Shown piece after piece: positions 14,066-25,583 of a stretch of 64,000 nt of DNA. Origin of the DNA: the human T2T-CHM13v2.0 reference genome, Homo sapiens. How positions within the stretch are numbered: the first letter of the stretch is position 1; the number at the start of each line of letters is the position of its first letter. The position numbers were made by a program, and so were the translations under genes. The notes beneath the pieces were generated by a model. That model did not search any database and had not been told where the DNA came from. It saw only the letters and a program-made list of their open reading frames with translations. Where the stretch lies: NCBI RefSeq assembly GCF_009914755.1, contig NC_060930.1; one strand, written 5' to 3'.

Positions 14066-15164
14066 GAGGCTGTGTATTTCCTTTTCCTTCCCTCCTTTCT
14101 TGCTTTCTCTTTTCTTTCTTTCTAGTCAGAAGAGTCAGTTCTAGCTATCATTTTAATGGTTGGTTGGGTTTTGCCTTGTATTTTGCCAATAGTGTGCCTT
14201 TTTTGTGACTTCCAGACTTTTATCCATGGGTCTGTGCATTGCCCTCAAGTGCTACATAATGAAAAAATCCAGTCTTCTACTTAAACAAACCATGCACAAA
14301 TCTTTTCATTTAACTGTGCCTTTCACCATCGTGGTACTCCTCTTTTGAATAGGCTAGCTTTCTAATGTCAGTTTTAAAATGTACTTATAAGACTAAAAAT
14401 AATATATGTGGTATGTTGCTTTATCAGGAAAATCAAGAACATCTCCTGGAAGTGACCAGGGCTTGAAACTAGTGCTACATCCCTTTGTACCCCCAGCTCA
14501 TCCCCGCTTAAGCCAGGGCAGCTGCCCTTTGCTTTGATGAGGTAAATGCAGAAACATAGGTTGGATCGCCTCATAATTTCACCATCTGTCATGCTAGATG
14601 ATATAACTTGTTTGCCTAGTTGTTAAGTAGTCTGGCTGTGAATTCTTGATTTTTTTTTTTTCTTGAGAGCAATAGTGAGTAATCTTGTGCTGCAGACTCT
14701 ATGGGAGTAATGCAGTGTGTAGAATATAAATGACCATTTTTGCTCTAAATTTTGAATATCAAATCTTCTCATAGGTTTGATTGTTACAGAAGCAGTGAAA
14801 CGTGATTCGGCTAATGGTAAGGAAAGAATTCCACACATAGTGCAATAATTCTTCTCCTGAAGCCTGAGGTTATGTAATAGTTTATAAGTTGAGAGTTGGA
14901 TATAAGCTCTTCTAACATTTTAAATAAAAAGCTTTCTTGAACTAAGCGTTCTAGTAAATACTAAGTTAATTATATATGGGATTCCCAGCAACTTGGATAC
15001 ATTACATTGCAAGGAAGATAAAGGACTGTTTATAGCCCTAAACCTGTGTGCTGTTTGAGTGTAATCCAGTCTGGGCCTGATTCAACCTACCTAAATGTAA
15101 CATGGTCCTAGTGTAGGCTCCAATAACAACCTAATTGACCAACCTAACAGTCTCACACAGTAAG

Positions 15165-15410
15165 AAGACATATCCAATATGACTCTGTGGTCAGGCATGG
15201 GTATGAATCCTAGCTATATCACATACAGTTGTGTGAATTCTAGCACATTCTTTAAACTCTCTCAACTTCAGCTTCCTATTCTCTAAACAGCAATAATATT
15301 AGCCTTTATTCTCATTTGGTGGCCCTGAAGATTAAATGAATATTTATCAAGCTTAATACAGTGCTTGACATCTTATGTCTTCAGAATAAATATGTTATCA
15401 TTGCTGTTAT
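15165..15410 (+). mobile_element. MIR SINE
   Basis: gggtatgaatcctagct...ttaaactctctcaacttcagcttcct...gaagattaaatga core. Confidence 0.7.
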
Positions 15411-15941
15411 AATTATCTTTATTAATTTATTTTGCCAGAATCAAAGGTGTTATTACCCTAAAATCCTTTGGAGTTCAACTTTGTCCTATTTCTAATTTAT
15501 CTATTACTCTGTACCTGAAACACAATTCTGTATTTAGCATTATTTCCTTTCTTCCACTGGATGAAGTAAGCCAGCTTGGAACCTGCAGTGGAAATTGATG
15601 TGAGCAACTAGGTGAGGTTATAGGCACGACATGCACTGTAGTTGAATAAGCACTGGGATGAGCCATGGGAGGCATGAAATTTATCCTCAGATCTCTCCTA
15701 ATTTCCCATGACCATGAGACAGTCATATAATCTGTATGAGCCTTGTCTTCCCAAAACTTGAGATGAGAACAGTTAACTAGAGCTTTCTAAGGTAATGAGT
15801 TATCTCTTATATTCTTAAGTGCCACAAACTGTTTTGTGTGTGTGCGTGATAAATGGATGGAAAAGGTAATTGATTGATAGGTGGCATAGGTCTACTGATA
15901 GAGTGCTTACATTTCAGTAATGTGTCCAAAAGTGATTGCAA

Positions 15942-16260
15942 GCCCCAGGCGTGATGGTTCTTGCCTGTATTCCCAATGTTTTGGGAGGCAGAGGCAAGAG
16001 AATCTTGGCTTGAGGCCAGTAGTTAAGTACAGCCTGGTCAACATAAGGAGGTCGTGTCTTTACAAAAATAATAATAAAAAAAAAATTAGCCAGGCATGGT
16101 GGTGCACACCTGTAGTCCTAACTACTTCTGATGCTGAGGTAGAAAGATTGCTGGAACCCAGGAGTTTGAGACTGCAGTGAGCTATGATCATGCCACTGCA
16201 TTCCAATATGGGTGACAGAGAAAAATTCTGCTCTAAAAAAAATAAAATAAATAAATAAAT
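15942..16260 (+). mobile_element. AluJ (Jo/Jr-like), diverged
   Basis: Right-arm ccaggagtttgagactgcagtgagctatgatcatgccactgca is J-type; (TAAA)n tail. Confidence 0.9.
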
Positions 16261-17112
16261 GGTTGAAAAAAATATAGCAGATGAGATAAAATAAGACTAT
16301 TTCAGGCTCAGAAAATAGCCTGTACCAAGGCACTGTACAAAGGTATACCTTTTATAAAAGACTGGAGGAAGACAATTGTAGCTAGGGCACAAAAGGTGAG
16401 AATTGCAAAGATAACATGAAACTGTGTAGTAACAAAGTGTGAAAAAACTTTGGATATCATCAAAGAATGACTGTGCTTCCTTAAAAGATGAGTTCATTTG
16501 AGTTGGCAGTCTAATTTTCATTTGAGAAATATTATTAATAAATCATTCCAGAAAACAAAAAAAAATGCATAATTGATGTTCAGATAACATAGATCCTATG
16601 AACTGCTAAGGCCCGGAAGTGGAAAATGACCATCACCCAAGAATTAGATGGTATTTCTACTTTTTAATTTTATTACTAATGTAATTATTTTTATGGGTAA
16701 CTCCAGAAGGTCTTCCAAGGCCCTTTTAAACCCCCGCAGAGCAAAGGCAGAAACAAAAGCTCTATTTCATAATCAAGAATTTTCCTGTAAAAAGTCTTTT
16801 GAATCAAATGCAAGTTCTACAAAACATAATCCACAAGCAAGCCCAAGATGGTTTAGTCAACTGACCTCCTGAATCACCTGGGAGCCCAAACCCTGAACAG
16901 AGGTAGAGAAACAGAAGATTAAGACGCTCGTAGCTATCTTAATAACTTGTGCAGAGCTAAACAAGAAGTTTTTATACATAGCTTTCTTTAAGGCAAACTA
17001 AAAGCAACATGACACAGAATATCTAAGGAATAGGAAAAATGCTATTTATATTTAGTTAGCAAATTCTGAACTAAAATTGGTAAAGAGTAAACCTGATATC
17101 CTCTCACAGAAA

Positions 17113-17118
<6 letters not shown>

Positions 17119-17148
<30 letters not shown>
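17119..17148. repeat. (CA)15 microsatellite
   Basis: Counted directly. Confidence 0.95.
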
Positions 17149-17152
<4 letters not shown>

Positions 17153-17159
17153 AGATTTA

Positions 17160-17355
17160 AAGGGGCTGGGTTTAAATGTTGGTAATGCTGGTCTTGAGCA
17201 AGTCACATAACATTTTAGTTACAGTTCCTTTTTCTGCCAAACTGAGATAATAATGCCTACTTAATTGAATTGTGTCAGTTTTAAATAAGTAAACACACAT
17301 AACGTTCTGAGCAAAATACCTAACACATAGAAATCTCTCAGTAATTGTTATTAAT
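17160..17355 (+). mobile_element. MIR SINE (diverged)
   Basis: cttgagcaagtcacataac...cagttcct...gagataataatgcctac. Confidence 0.6.
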
Positions 17356-18131
17356 ACGAGGTGTCAGACTGAATTTCTCAGTGCAAGGTACAAATAAGGC
17401 ACTTCTTATAAATATTGACTAAAAATCTCCAACAGAAATTACTGTGTGTCCATACTAATTTCTACCCTCAAAAATAAAAACAAATATTCTATTTTTCAGT
17501 TGTATTATTCAAAGCAAACCAGCACAGCATTTAACTTGGAAGTTGTTAAGAGCACCACCTGTCTGATTTTCTTACAGCTGTCAGAAGCAAATTTTAGATC
17601 CACCTCCAAAAGTTTTACCTCAACTAGAACCAGACTGTGTCTGTATTCAAAGTAATTTAGTTTTGAAGGTTTCCTTCATTCTAAGAAATACGTACATATA
17701 TATATGAAGTATATATGAAATATAAATATATATAACTAGCAACCATCAAATAGAAGATATGTATTATAGTATGTAGCTTTCAGTAAAGCATTGAAACAGA
17801 AAATATTTATTGTAACATAAAGATAGAATTTACCATTTAGAGGAAAATGAAGAATGAATTTACAAAAAGAACCAGAATTCTAACACTTAATTGCTTTATT
17901 TTAAAAATCATACTGATTCACAGTAAGTTTGTGGAATTCCAGTCTTTATCTCTGAATTTCCATTAATGGTCAAATAAATACAAATTTTATGGGAACACTT
18001 ATGTCTTAAATTGTATATAAATCATATATATGTATGTGTGTTTTACATACCCTAGTAGGAAAGGAAAAACAAATTTAAGGTCTCCATTTAAAAATATCAT
18101 AAAGCAGAAATGCTTCAAATTACTTTTTAAG

Positions 18132-18186
18132 TTTAAGTAAGCATTAGTGTAATATTTTAAGTAAGCATTAGTGTAATATTTTAAGT
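18132..18186. repeat. Perfect 24-bp tandem duplication (2.3 copies)
   Basis: (TTTAAGTAAGCATTAGTGTAATAT)x2 + TTTAAGT. Confidence 0.95.
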
Positions 18187-18263
18187 TCATCATGGTCTCC
18201 ATCCTTGAAAACTTTGTAATTTTTGCTGGATAAGATATCGGCCATCATGTTACATGACCATAG

Positions 18264-18273
18264 CTATTTATAG
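18264..18273. promoter_or_regulatory. Consensus MEF2 site CTATTTATAG in proximal intron 1
   Basis: Exact match to YTA(A/T)4TAR, about 280 bp from the exon 1 donor; flanked by GATAAG (18229-18234) and E-box CAACTG (18286-18291). Confidence 0.6.
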
Positions 18274-18549
18274 AGGTGTGAGTAACAACTGTTAACTAGT
18301 GGGGCCTTTGGTATAGCAGAGAACAGTTTCCACATGCAAAATTTAAGAGAAATCTCTTTTTGCTCCCCCAATATACAGATCTGGCAGCCTCTCAGCTCCT
18401 AAATCCACTTCTCAGATCCTGTATAGAATCATTGACCAAGGCAATTACCTTAAAGCAACATTTTAAATGGACACATCGACAGTTAATGTGGCTGTCGATT
18501 TGCATATTTTTTTTCCTTACTTGATACTATCGGAAAATGGTAGCAATAC

Positions 18550-18571
18550 CTTCAGCAGTGATCTCAGTCAT
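18550..18571 (-). CDS. TRDN: Triadin coding exon 1 (22 nt; MTEITAE plus first base of Gly8; phase-1 intron follows)
   Basis: Minus strand reads GACGACCACC-ATGACTGAGATCACTGCTGAAG|GTATTG. It has a strong Kozak (CCACCATG), translates to MTEITAE(G), which I recognise as the triadin N-terminus (MTEITAEGNASTTT...), and has a GT donor at 18549-18548. Confidence 0.96.
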
Positions 18572-18750
18572 GGTGGTCGTCAAAAGTAAAAGTCAGTTGA
18601 AAAGTTCCCGTCAAGTTGCACTTTGCAGAGTATTTGGGGATTTGAGAACTCTGGTGGAGGGTTCTGTGTCAAAACCTGGGGGCTCTTCGTTTTCCTGGCT
18701 GTTTCTGCTGCTTCTTTGTTGTCCTGTTGAACTTTGCCTCTCCTCTGCAG
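18572..18750 (-). other. TRDN: TRDN exon 1 5' UTR (upstream boundary/TSS approximate)
   Basis: Unique, non-repeat sequence contiguous with the ATG; no minus-strand ATG between 18572 and 18836. The TSS position is recalled/approximate, not visible in the sequence. Confidence 0.7.
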
Positions 18751-19260
18751 AGTTCTCCCCCTGGAAACAACCTAAGCCCTTTCCAAGCAGCACTTGTGGC
18801 TCAGCTAGAAGTATCAGCTTCAAACAAAAATAGCCTCATCTCCCTAGGACTCTTCAGCACTTTTTTTTTTCTTTTTTGGCACTCTAGAGGAACACACACA
18901 CAGACACACCAGCTCTTCAGCCCCAAAGAGAGAAAGGCAAAAAACAAACAAACAAACAAAAAAAACCAAATGAACTACAAAGTACCATCTAAGCCCCCGC
19001 AGTTTCTCTAAGATAATTACAGATCCTGGGGTCTATGTCAGAAAACATGAAATAAAGAGTTGAAAGTAATCTTATCCGTGAGAGCTCAGATTTATTCTTA
19101 GTGCTCTTAATGCTCAGAACATTCTTCTTTCCCTTATTTGGTTTGGGGAGGGTCCCAAATGTCTATCACAGGCAAAAGGGAGGGTAGTCTTGAGTAATTT
19201 TCTAGAAGTTATGTTCCTGTTGATACAAATCCACTTAGCAAGTGCAGTTATTTATATAGG
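18750..19260 (-). promoter_or_regulatory. TRDN proximal promoter (CpG-poor, no obvious TATA box, striated-muscle-type motifs)
   Basis: Lies directly 5' of exon 1. E-box/NK-like CACTTG 18791-18796, MEF2-like ACAAAAATAG 18824-18833, AGATAA 19011-19016, NKX2-5-type CCACTTA 19231-19237 and CAAGTG 19239-19244. Confidence 0.65.
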
Positions 19261-22200
19261 GCTACACTTAAAATTGCAACTATTAAATCTTGAAGCTTTC
19301 TTTTAAAGTAGTCATATTGTAGAAGATTAATATTTTCTGAACACTGGCCAATAAGAATTATGTAATGTGAATTTATAGTGTGATACTTGAAAAACATTGG
19401 ATTGATGAATTACTATCTTTTTAATTCTCTCTACTACCTTACTAAGAACTAAATACCTGCATTTATCCATGCAGTAAAAAGGAAGGGAAGGTGACATAAA
19501 GTTTAGTAGTCCACAGCCAATATTTAAGTAAAGTATTTCCTTATCTCAACTTAAAAAAAAAAGGATTATAGCAGCCACTAACAATTAACCAAATTGGCTG
19601 ATTAGCATTTCACCTTCCCACTCCTAGACAGGTGTTAATGAGCAAAAAAATATTCAATAGTTGGTAGTTGGAAGCAAAAGGAGAATCGAAGGGCATTGAT
19701 AATCATAAACTCTAGCCAATCTGTGAATAATCAAGGGTTGACTACACTTTTATTTTATTCTCATATTCAACCTAATAAATGCTTGTAGTTTAATCTTTTA
19801 GCTTGAACTTGATACTTTTCGTTTTCAGACCTCCCGAATTCCTATGGTACTTCATAGATCATGAAGCAAAGCCATGTTTGTTATTTTTAAAATTCAGGCT
19901 CAGAAGAGTGCTGCAACAGCTATTTCCATAGGCAATGACCTCCTCCCTGTTAGTGGTTCTGTCTTAATCTACTGCCCCCATTCCTGACACAATAGAAAGT
20001 TGCTCATTTACCAGCTGAATACATAAATTAGTAACAAATCTTAATTTACAAGGAGGAAATGATTACATGATTACATTCATGATTTTATTCAATTCCTATA
20101 TCTAGGACTGGGCCTAGAGCCTTTTAACTACAAGTTTGCTATCTTCCCCAAGAAATGAGGCCTTGTTGCAGATACTATGACTTAAGGTAAAGGGGGTCAC
20201 TGCAAATTAGGCCCACTAGCGGGATGAAAAGATACAAAATCCTCAAGAGCAGCTTCCCAGAGCTCTGGGTTGGTCTAAGGAGGTATCCTAAGAGAAAAGC
20301 CCTCCTTACATTGCCCCCCACAAAGAATCTCCAGTCAATAGTGCCACAGCAGTTCCAATTGTTTTGAAAAACGTAGCACTTCATATCTCCATTCATCAGT
20401 TACTTTCATAATCTTTCATTGTAGTTAACTGAAGGAATGACATCTTATGTAACTCATTAAGAATTTTCATGGGTCAGATCCTAAATAAAATTAGGCTCTG
20501 GAACAGGAAAAAACTCAACTTTTCAAACTAGTTTTACTCAATAAAAAGTTAAAATAAGACTCTAGAAAAGAAATACTAAATTCCTAGTATTGATGTTAGT
20601 CTTAAGTTCCCAATCACTATTTTCATGTTAAACATACTGGAAGGAAAAATAAAAGAAAACATATTCTAGACAATAAACATGTTTTGAAGATAATAGCTTT
20701 TTCAAACCTTTCTGTGAGATGAGTTGATGAATGTCATTAGGCAGTGAGAAATTGGCATGGTTCTCATTTTGAAAAGTTATTAGGACTCTTTCAATTTATC
20801 TGAAACTCCATTCATGAGGTATGTCTTTGAATTCCAAATGGAACCCTGCCAAGCTTTCTGAAACCAAGCAACTGACATTCTTACAAGTGTGTACACCTAC
20901 TCTTCAGGGAACTCAAAGAATAAAACATTACAAACGATTCATTTGCCCTTCTTTATTTTTAAAGGGTCTTCATTTTTAAAGAGATGTTACCAGTTCATTG
21001 AGCTCTTTCAAAAGGACCCAAAAGTGATATTTCTCTCTTCTCAGCAATAGCTCCTGGAATAACTCTCACATCCCACTTCTGCACAATCAGCACAGGTAGA
21101 CTTGTCATAGTTTTGCATACAGGGATATTTATAAAATTAGGACATTAATAACTGAGCTAGTCTATATAAGTAAATGATAAACTGTGAAAATTTGTTCTCC
21201 TATTAATGTCGCATTTAGGTCAAGGGGCATCTCCAACCTGATTATACTGATCATTACCCCTTGTAATATTCACTAGTTATTCTAAATACTCAAGTTAGTA
21301 GATAAAAATATTCTCCCTTAGAGAAATTTTTAAACCTTGCTCCTGTGTCTGCTATTATCATAAACACTCAATAAGACATGTATTCTATTTAGCTATGAGC
21401 AAAATACTGTCATCCACACCAAGTTTCAAAATGGCAAAATATTTGGGAGGCAATCAGAGAAGTTTTGTTGATTTGTTTCCACCATAATAAAATAAAATTA
21501 ATTTTTTAAAAAAAGTCAAACCATACTGCATTACCTCTTTCAGTGCTGATTTGTTTTCTCTATGATGTGCAAAAAGAGACATAGTTGGGTGTAGATTGGT
21601 ATTTACCATTACTCACTTATTTTCTCAGAGACTGGGGATATTTGAGAGAAAGTAAATTTTAGAGTTTATTGTCAAGGCTTTCTGTTTCTTAATTTACAGA
21701 CACAAGTGGCTTATACACTTTGCTAACCTACCCACAAATTGGTGGTAAGTGGAAATAATGGAAACACACTTTGTACAATATAGCATGTCTAAACAGAGTG
21801 CAAATAAATGTGTAGGATGTACAATTGGGAGAGAAAGAGCTATTTACTTGGATTTTAAAATAATAATTGCCATAACTTCCACATAAACCTAAGGTTTCAG
21901 GTTCATTTTAATAGGAGACAAAAATAACCAACTGGAATGATTTCAACAAAGAGAAGGAGAGGGCAGAGTATCATGATGCAAAAAACTTCCATAATTAAGA
22001 GCAAACAAAATATAAGCTACTGTTTTAGTGCCTCAGTTGAAGTAGCTCACAAGGGAAAATAGACAGAAGTTTACTTTCAGCTTTGTAGGTAAAGAAAAAC
22101 TGGCAAACACAATTTAAATTTGTAAAGAATAAATGTTGGCTTTTTAACCCTTGAAATGAAGAAATATGGAAGAAACTAGGAATAGTGGAAGTGAATGTGA

Positions 22201-23189
22201 GACTATTTGCCTTCATTTGACCTTGAGATAACATTAAATAACCTAGAAATTTCTCTGACGCTTACATTTAATAAACTTAGAATTCAGAATCACAAGCAAA
22301 GCCTCTATTGAACTATTATTTCATTAATCTTACTTCATCTCAGCACTGTTGTTCACTTCGTTTTAAATTGTTTTGTATTCTATTTGTGTCACGGAAAATA
22401 TCGTTCTGCCCTCATTACTATCTCTAAATGGCCTGTGCTCATTTCTTTAATCAAGGTTGAAAGTCATTCCATAGGTTTGGCTTACCATCTGATTATTTAG
22501 AAACTGTGTAATCCAGATCGTTTCAAATGACAGAAGGCATTCCAGTGCAATTAAAAACCTTCCTCTCTTTAACTCTGACTCATGAGTAGCTGAGTCTCCA
22601 ATATCAGGCTTCTTTCCTCACACACATTTGACATTGTCAAACATTCTCTTAGAAATTTTTCTGTCAATCTGGTTTTTAGTTAACAAAGGCCATCGCCTTT
22701 GTTGCCCCTTCCTTCTTAGAGATTCCATTCTCTGAAGAGCTGGCGTCTGTCCACTACCATTATCCTGTTTAAGAAGATCTGCAGTATCCTGCAGTAGTTG
22801 GTCCCTGTGGAGTCCATAATTCAGATTACTGCTTTCTATTCTGCAGTCGATCACATATGACCTTCAGTCTGTGTTCCTGGTTGCTGTTCAGAAGCAATTT
22901 ATCATTTATACTTTTTCTATTTCTTATAAAATCACAAATGCTTTTCTTATAAAAAATAAAATATCTGATAACCAATTCTTAGATACAAATTTTTTTCTTT
23001 TAAATAATTTAAATGGATATTTCTATTTCTAATTTTGAAAAAAATTATAATGTCATCTTGTTCTTGGCATTTTGCTATTTCACATTATCAACAATGTGAT
23101 CTGCTGCATCTGGTGTATCATTACTAAATACCTCCAAGAGTCACCAATTTTGTGAGCTTACTTATTAATAATGATGCAACTTATTAGTC

Positions 23190-24420
23190 CCCTTCTTCAA
23201 TAAATCTATATTAGCTATTTGCTCTGGGCACTAGGCTAGGTTCTAGTGAAACAAAAATTAAGACAGGGATTTTTTTTTTCTTCAAGGAGTTTATAGTCTA
23301 GTAAGAGAGTTAAACATTATAATGCAGTGTGTTAAATTCTAGAATAAACTCTATGCATTTTTGGGGCAGAAAAGAAGTTGTAACAGTCCAGGAAAAACTT
23401 TAAGAGAAAGGAAATACTGGAGTTGAGTCTTGAAGTGTAAGAAGCTACTTAAACACATGGTTGATTGAGGACGTAATTTCTAAGTAGAGGAAACAACTCA
23501 GGAAAAATTAGAGAGACCTAAGCATCATGAACTTTAAATAGTTCAGTAACATTTGGTCACAAGGTACTTGTAAGGAAACTACAGATAAGGAAATAAGGGA
23601 ATAAAAAAGGGATGGATACTAAAGTATCTCATAAGTCATACTAAGGTGTTTGGTCTTAACTCTGATTTAGGATGACAATAAAGTGTTTTTAAGCAAGAAC
23701 ATGAAGTGATCACATTTACCTTTTAAAAGGACTGGATACAGCAATAAAATGGTCATCATACTTTCCTTAAGACAACTTCAACGCAGCCTTAGATACAGAA
23801 GTCAAATTGCAGAATGAAGGGCAAATGAGAGACCACACAATGAAGAATGAAACTAAAATACACTTTAAGGAAGCTTTTTTGAAAAGCAGGGAAGTGAAAT
23901 GGATTAAGAATTAGATGGGGATACAGGCTAAATTAGGGATAATTTAGGATACGGTCTAAATTTTTAAAGATCAAAGAGTCTTGATCATGATTATCCTTTA
24001 AGGGAAAAAATACAGGAATGAGGGAGGAGAGATTTATAATATCAGAGAGAGAAACTATAAGAAATAGAGAAGGAGTTTGAAGCAGATGGAAGGGTAAAAT
24101 TAGAGCTCATATGGAGAATACTTTTAAAGAGAAATAAAATTCTTCATAAATCTAAAAGAAAAGAAGTAAGATTTGGCACAAACATGGATAATTTTTTAGT
24201 TGTGAAAGGAGAGAATTAAAGGAATTCATGCCTTGTGGCATTATTTTCTCTGTAAGTCAATGTAATCTGCTGAGAAACAAAGGGTGAAAATGGAAGGATA
24301 CCTTGAAGAGAGTTCTGAAAGTTTCAAAAAGCTGCAGAGGTAAAGCAAGAAGCAGCTCCATAATGGCTGCACAATGCTAGTGAGAGGCCACTGGGCTTAG
24401 AGACCATACATTTGTAGTAA
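23190..24420 (-). mobile_element. Degraded L2 LINE
   Basis: ctgggcactaggctaggttctag...tcaaggagtttatagtctagt...ttttaagcaag...gtgatcacattt; purine-rich antisense L2 pattern. Confidence 0.6.
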
Positions 24421-24432
24421 CAAATCCAGACT

Positions 24433-25025
24433 TGTATTAATTAGGGTAAGTCAAGTGGAAAAACCAAGAAGACCTTTAAATACGCCTCAAAAATAAAATA
24501 AAACTTACTTCCGTCTCCTGTTGACACTCAATCTACCAAGAATGAAACCATTTCTATGATTGGATATCAGGGTATTTGACTTCCATTTTTAAAAGTAATT
24601 TTTAAGCATTTCTTAATTCAAATCTCTTCTCTCTTTCTCTCATTTTATTTGGAGAGGGGAGTGGACTACCACCTGAATGTACCCCTGCAGAATGTTGCAT
24701 CAATTCAAACTAAAGATGTATTTCACAGTCATTACAGAAGTCCAAGGAGGTATTCCAGGTTCGAGGGCAGCTATTCTCTATAGGGGCATTTAGAGATACA
24801 GGATATTGGCACTTCTGCAATCAATTATGTGACTTCCCAAATTGCTCTGGACATTAACACTCCAGCCAGAAGAAAGGCCATGAGAAAGGGCATGTGAATC
24901 AAGCCTGGAAGTGACATGAATTGCTACTGCTCCAGTCCATGCGGAAAATTTGATTCTTGGTCATACTTAACTGTAAGTGGGTAGAATTGTGGGATGGCAG
25001 TGACATCCTATTAAAACCCTGTTAC
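24433..25025 (-). mobile_element. Old MLT1 (J/K/L-like) LTR interrupted by a 197-bp duplicated segment
   Basis: tgtattaattagggtaag...gggcagct...gcctggaagtgacatg...cttaactgtaag, resembling the element at about 61180-61580. Confidence 0.5.
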
Positions 25026-25583
25026 TAGGAATGAAGTATCCACCACCCCACTGTTTTGGGGTTCTCCGTAGCTGTGATAGTAGATTGAGCATGAGAACAG
25101 ATCATTAGATGGTTGAAACAAAATCTTTAGAAAGTTTGGCCTTCAAGAAAATTTTAGCTAAAGTTCAACCGAGGCAAGGAAATGGGAAGAACAGTACAGA
25201 TATGAGAGTTTGGGAGAAGATACATAATCTAAAGGGCCTTTATTTAAAGTAGTATCTAAGGATTACAGTGCATATTTATAAATCAATCCTTTTGCATTCA
25301 GAATGAGGATTACCCTTGTACTTCTAAATACATGAAGAGCTGTGGCAGCTTATGAATATTCATGTGAATGAAGAACAAAGACGTACCTACCAAGAATGAA
25401 ATCATTTCTATGATTGGATATCAGGGCATATGACTTCCATTTTTATAAGTAGTTTTTAAGTATTTCTTTATTCAAATCTCTTCTCTCTTTCTCTCATTTT
25501 ATTTGGAGAGGGGAGTGGACGACCACCTGAACGTACCCCTGCAGAGTGTTTCATCAATTCAAATTAAAGATGTATTTTACAGT
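24533..25583 (+). repeat. Direct duplication of 197 bp: 24533-24729 and 25387-25583
   Basis: Manual alignment is ungapped at offset 854, with 13 mismatches in 197 bp (about 93% identity). Confidence 0.95.

Noticed and set aside
18537-19011. ORFs overlapping TRDN exon 1 (18537-18833 +, 18611-18823 -, 18727-19011 +)
   Set aside because: Two are antisense to the real exon, and the minus-strand one starts at TTG in the UTR/promoter. None resembles a protein I know; the true CDS here is only 22 nt.
19248-19260. TATATAAA on the minus strand as a TRDN TATA box
   Set aside because: About 680 bp from the ATG, too far from the probable TSS region; common in AT-rich DNA.
22618-22854. 78-aa minus-strand ORF upstream of TRDN as a possible alternative first exon
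   Set aside because: Starts at GTG rather than ATG, shows no recognisable homology, and I found no supporting promoter or splice evidence.
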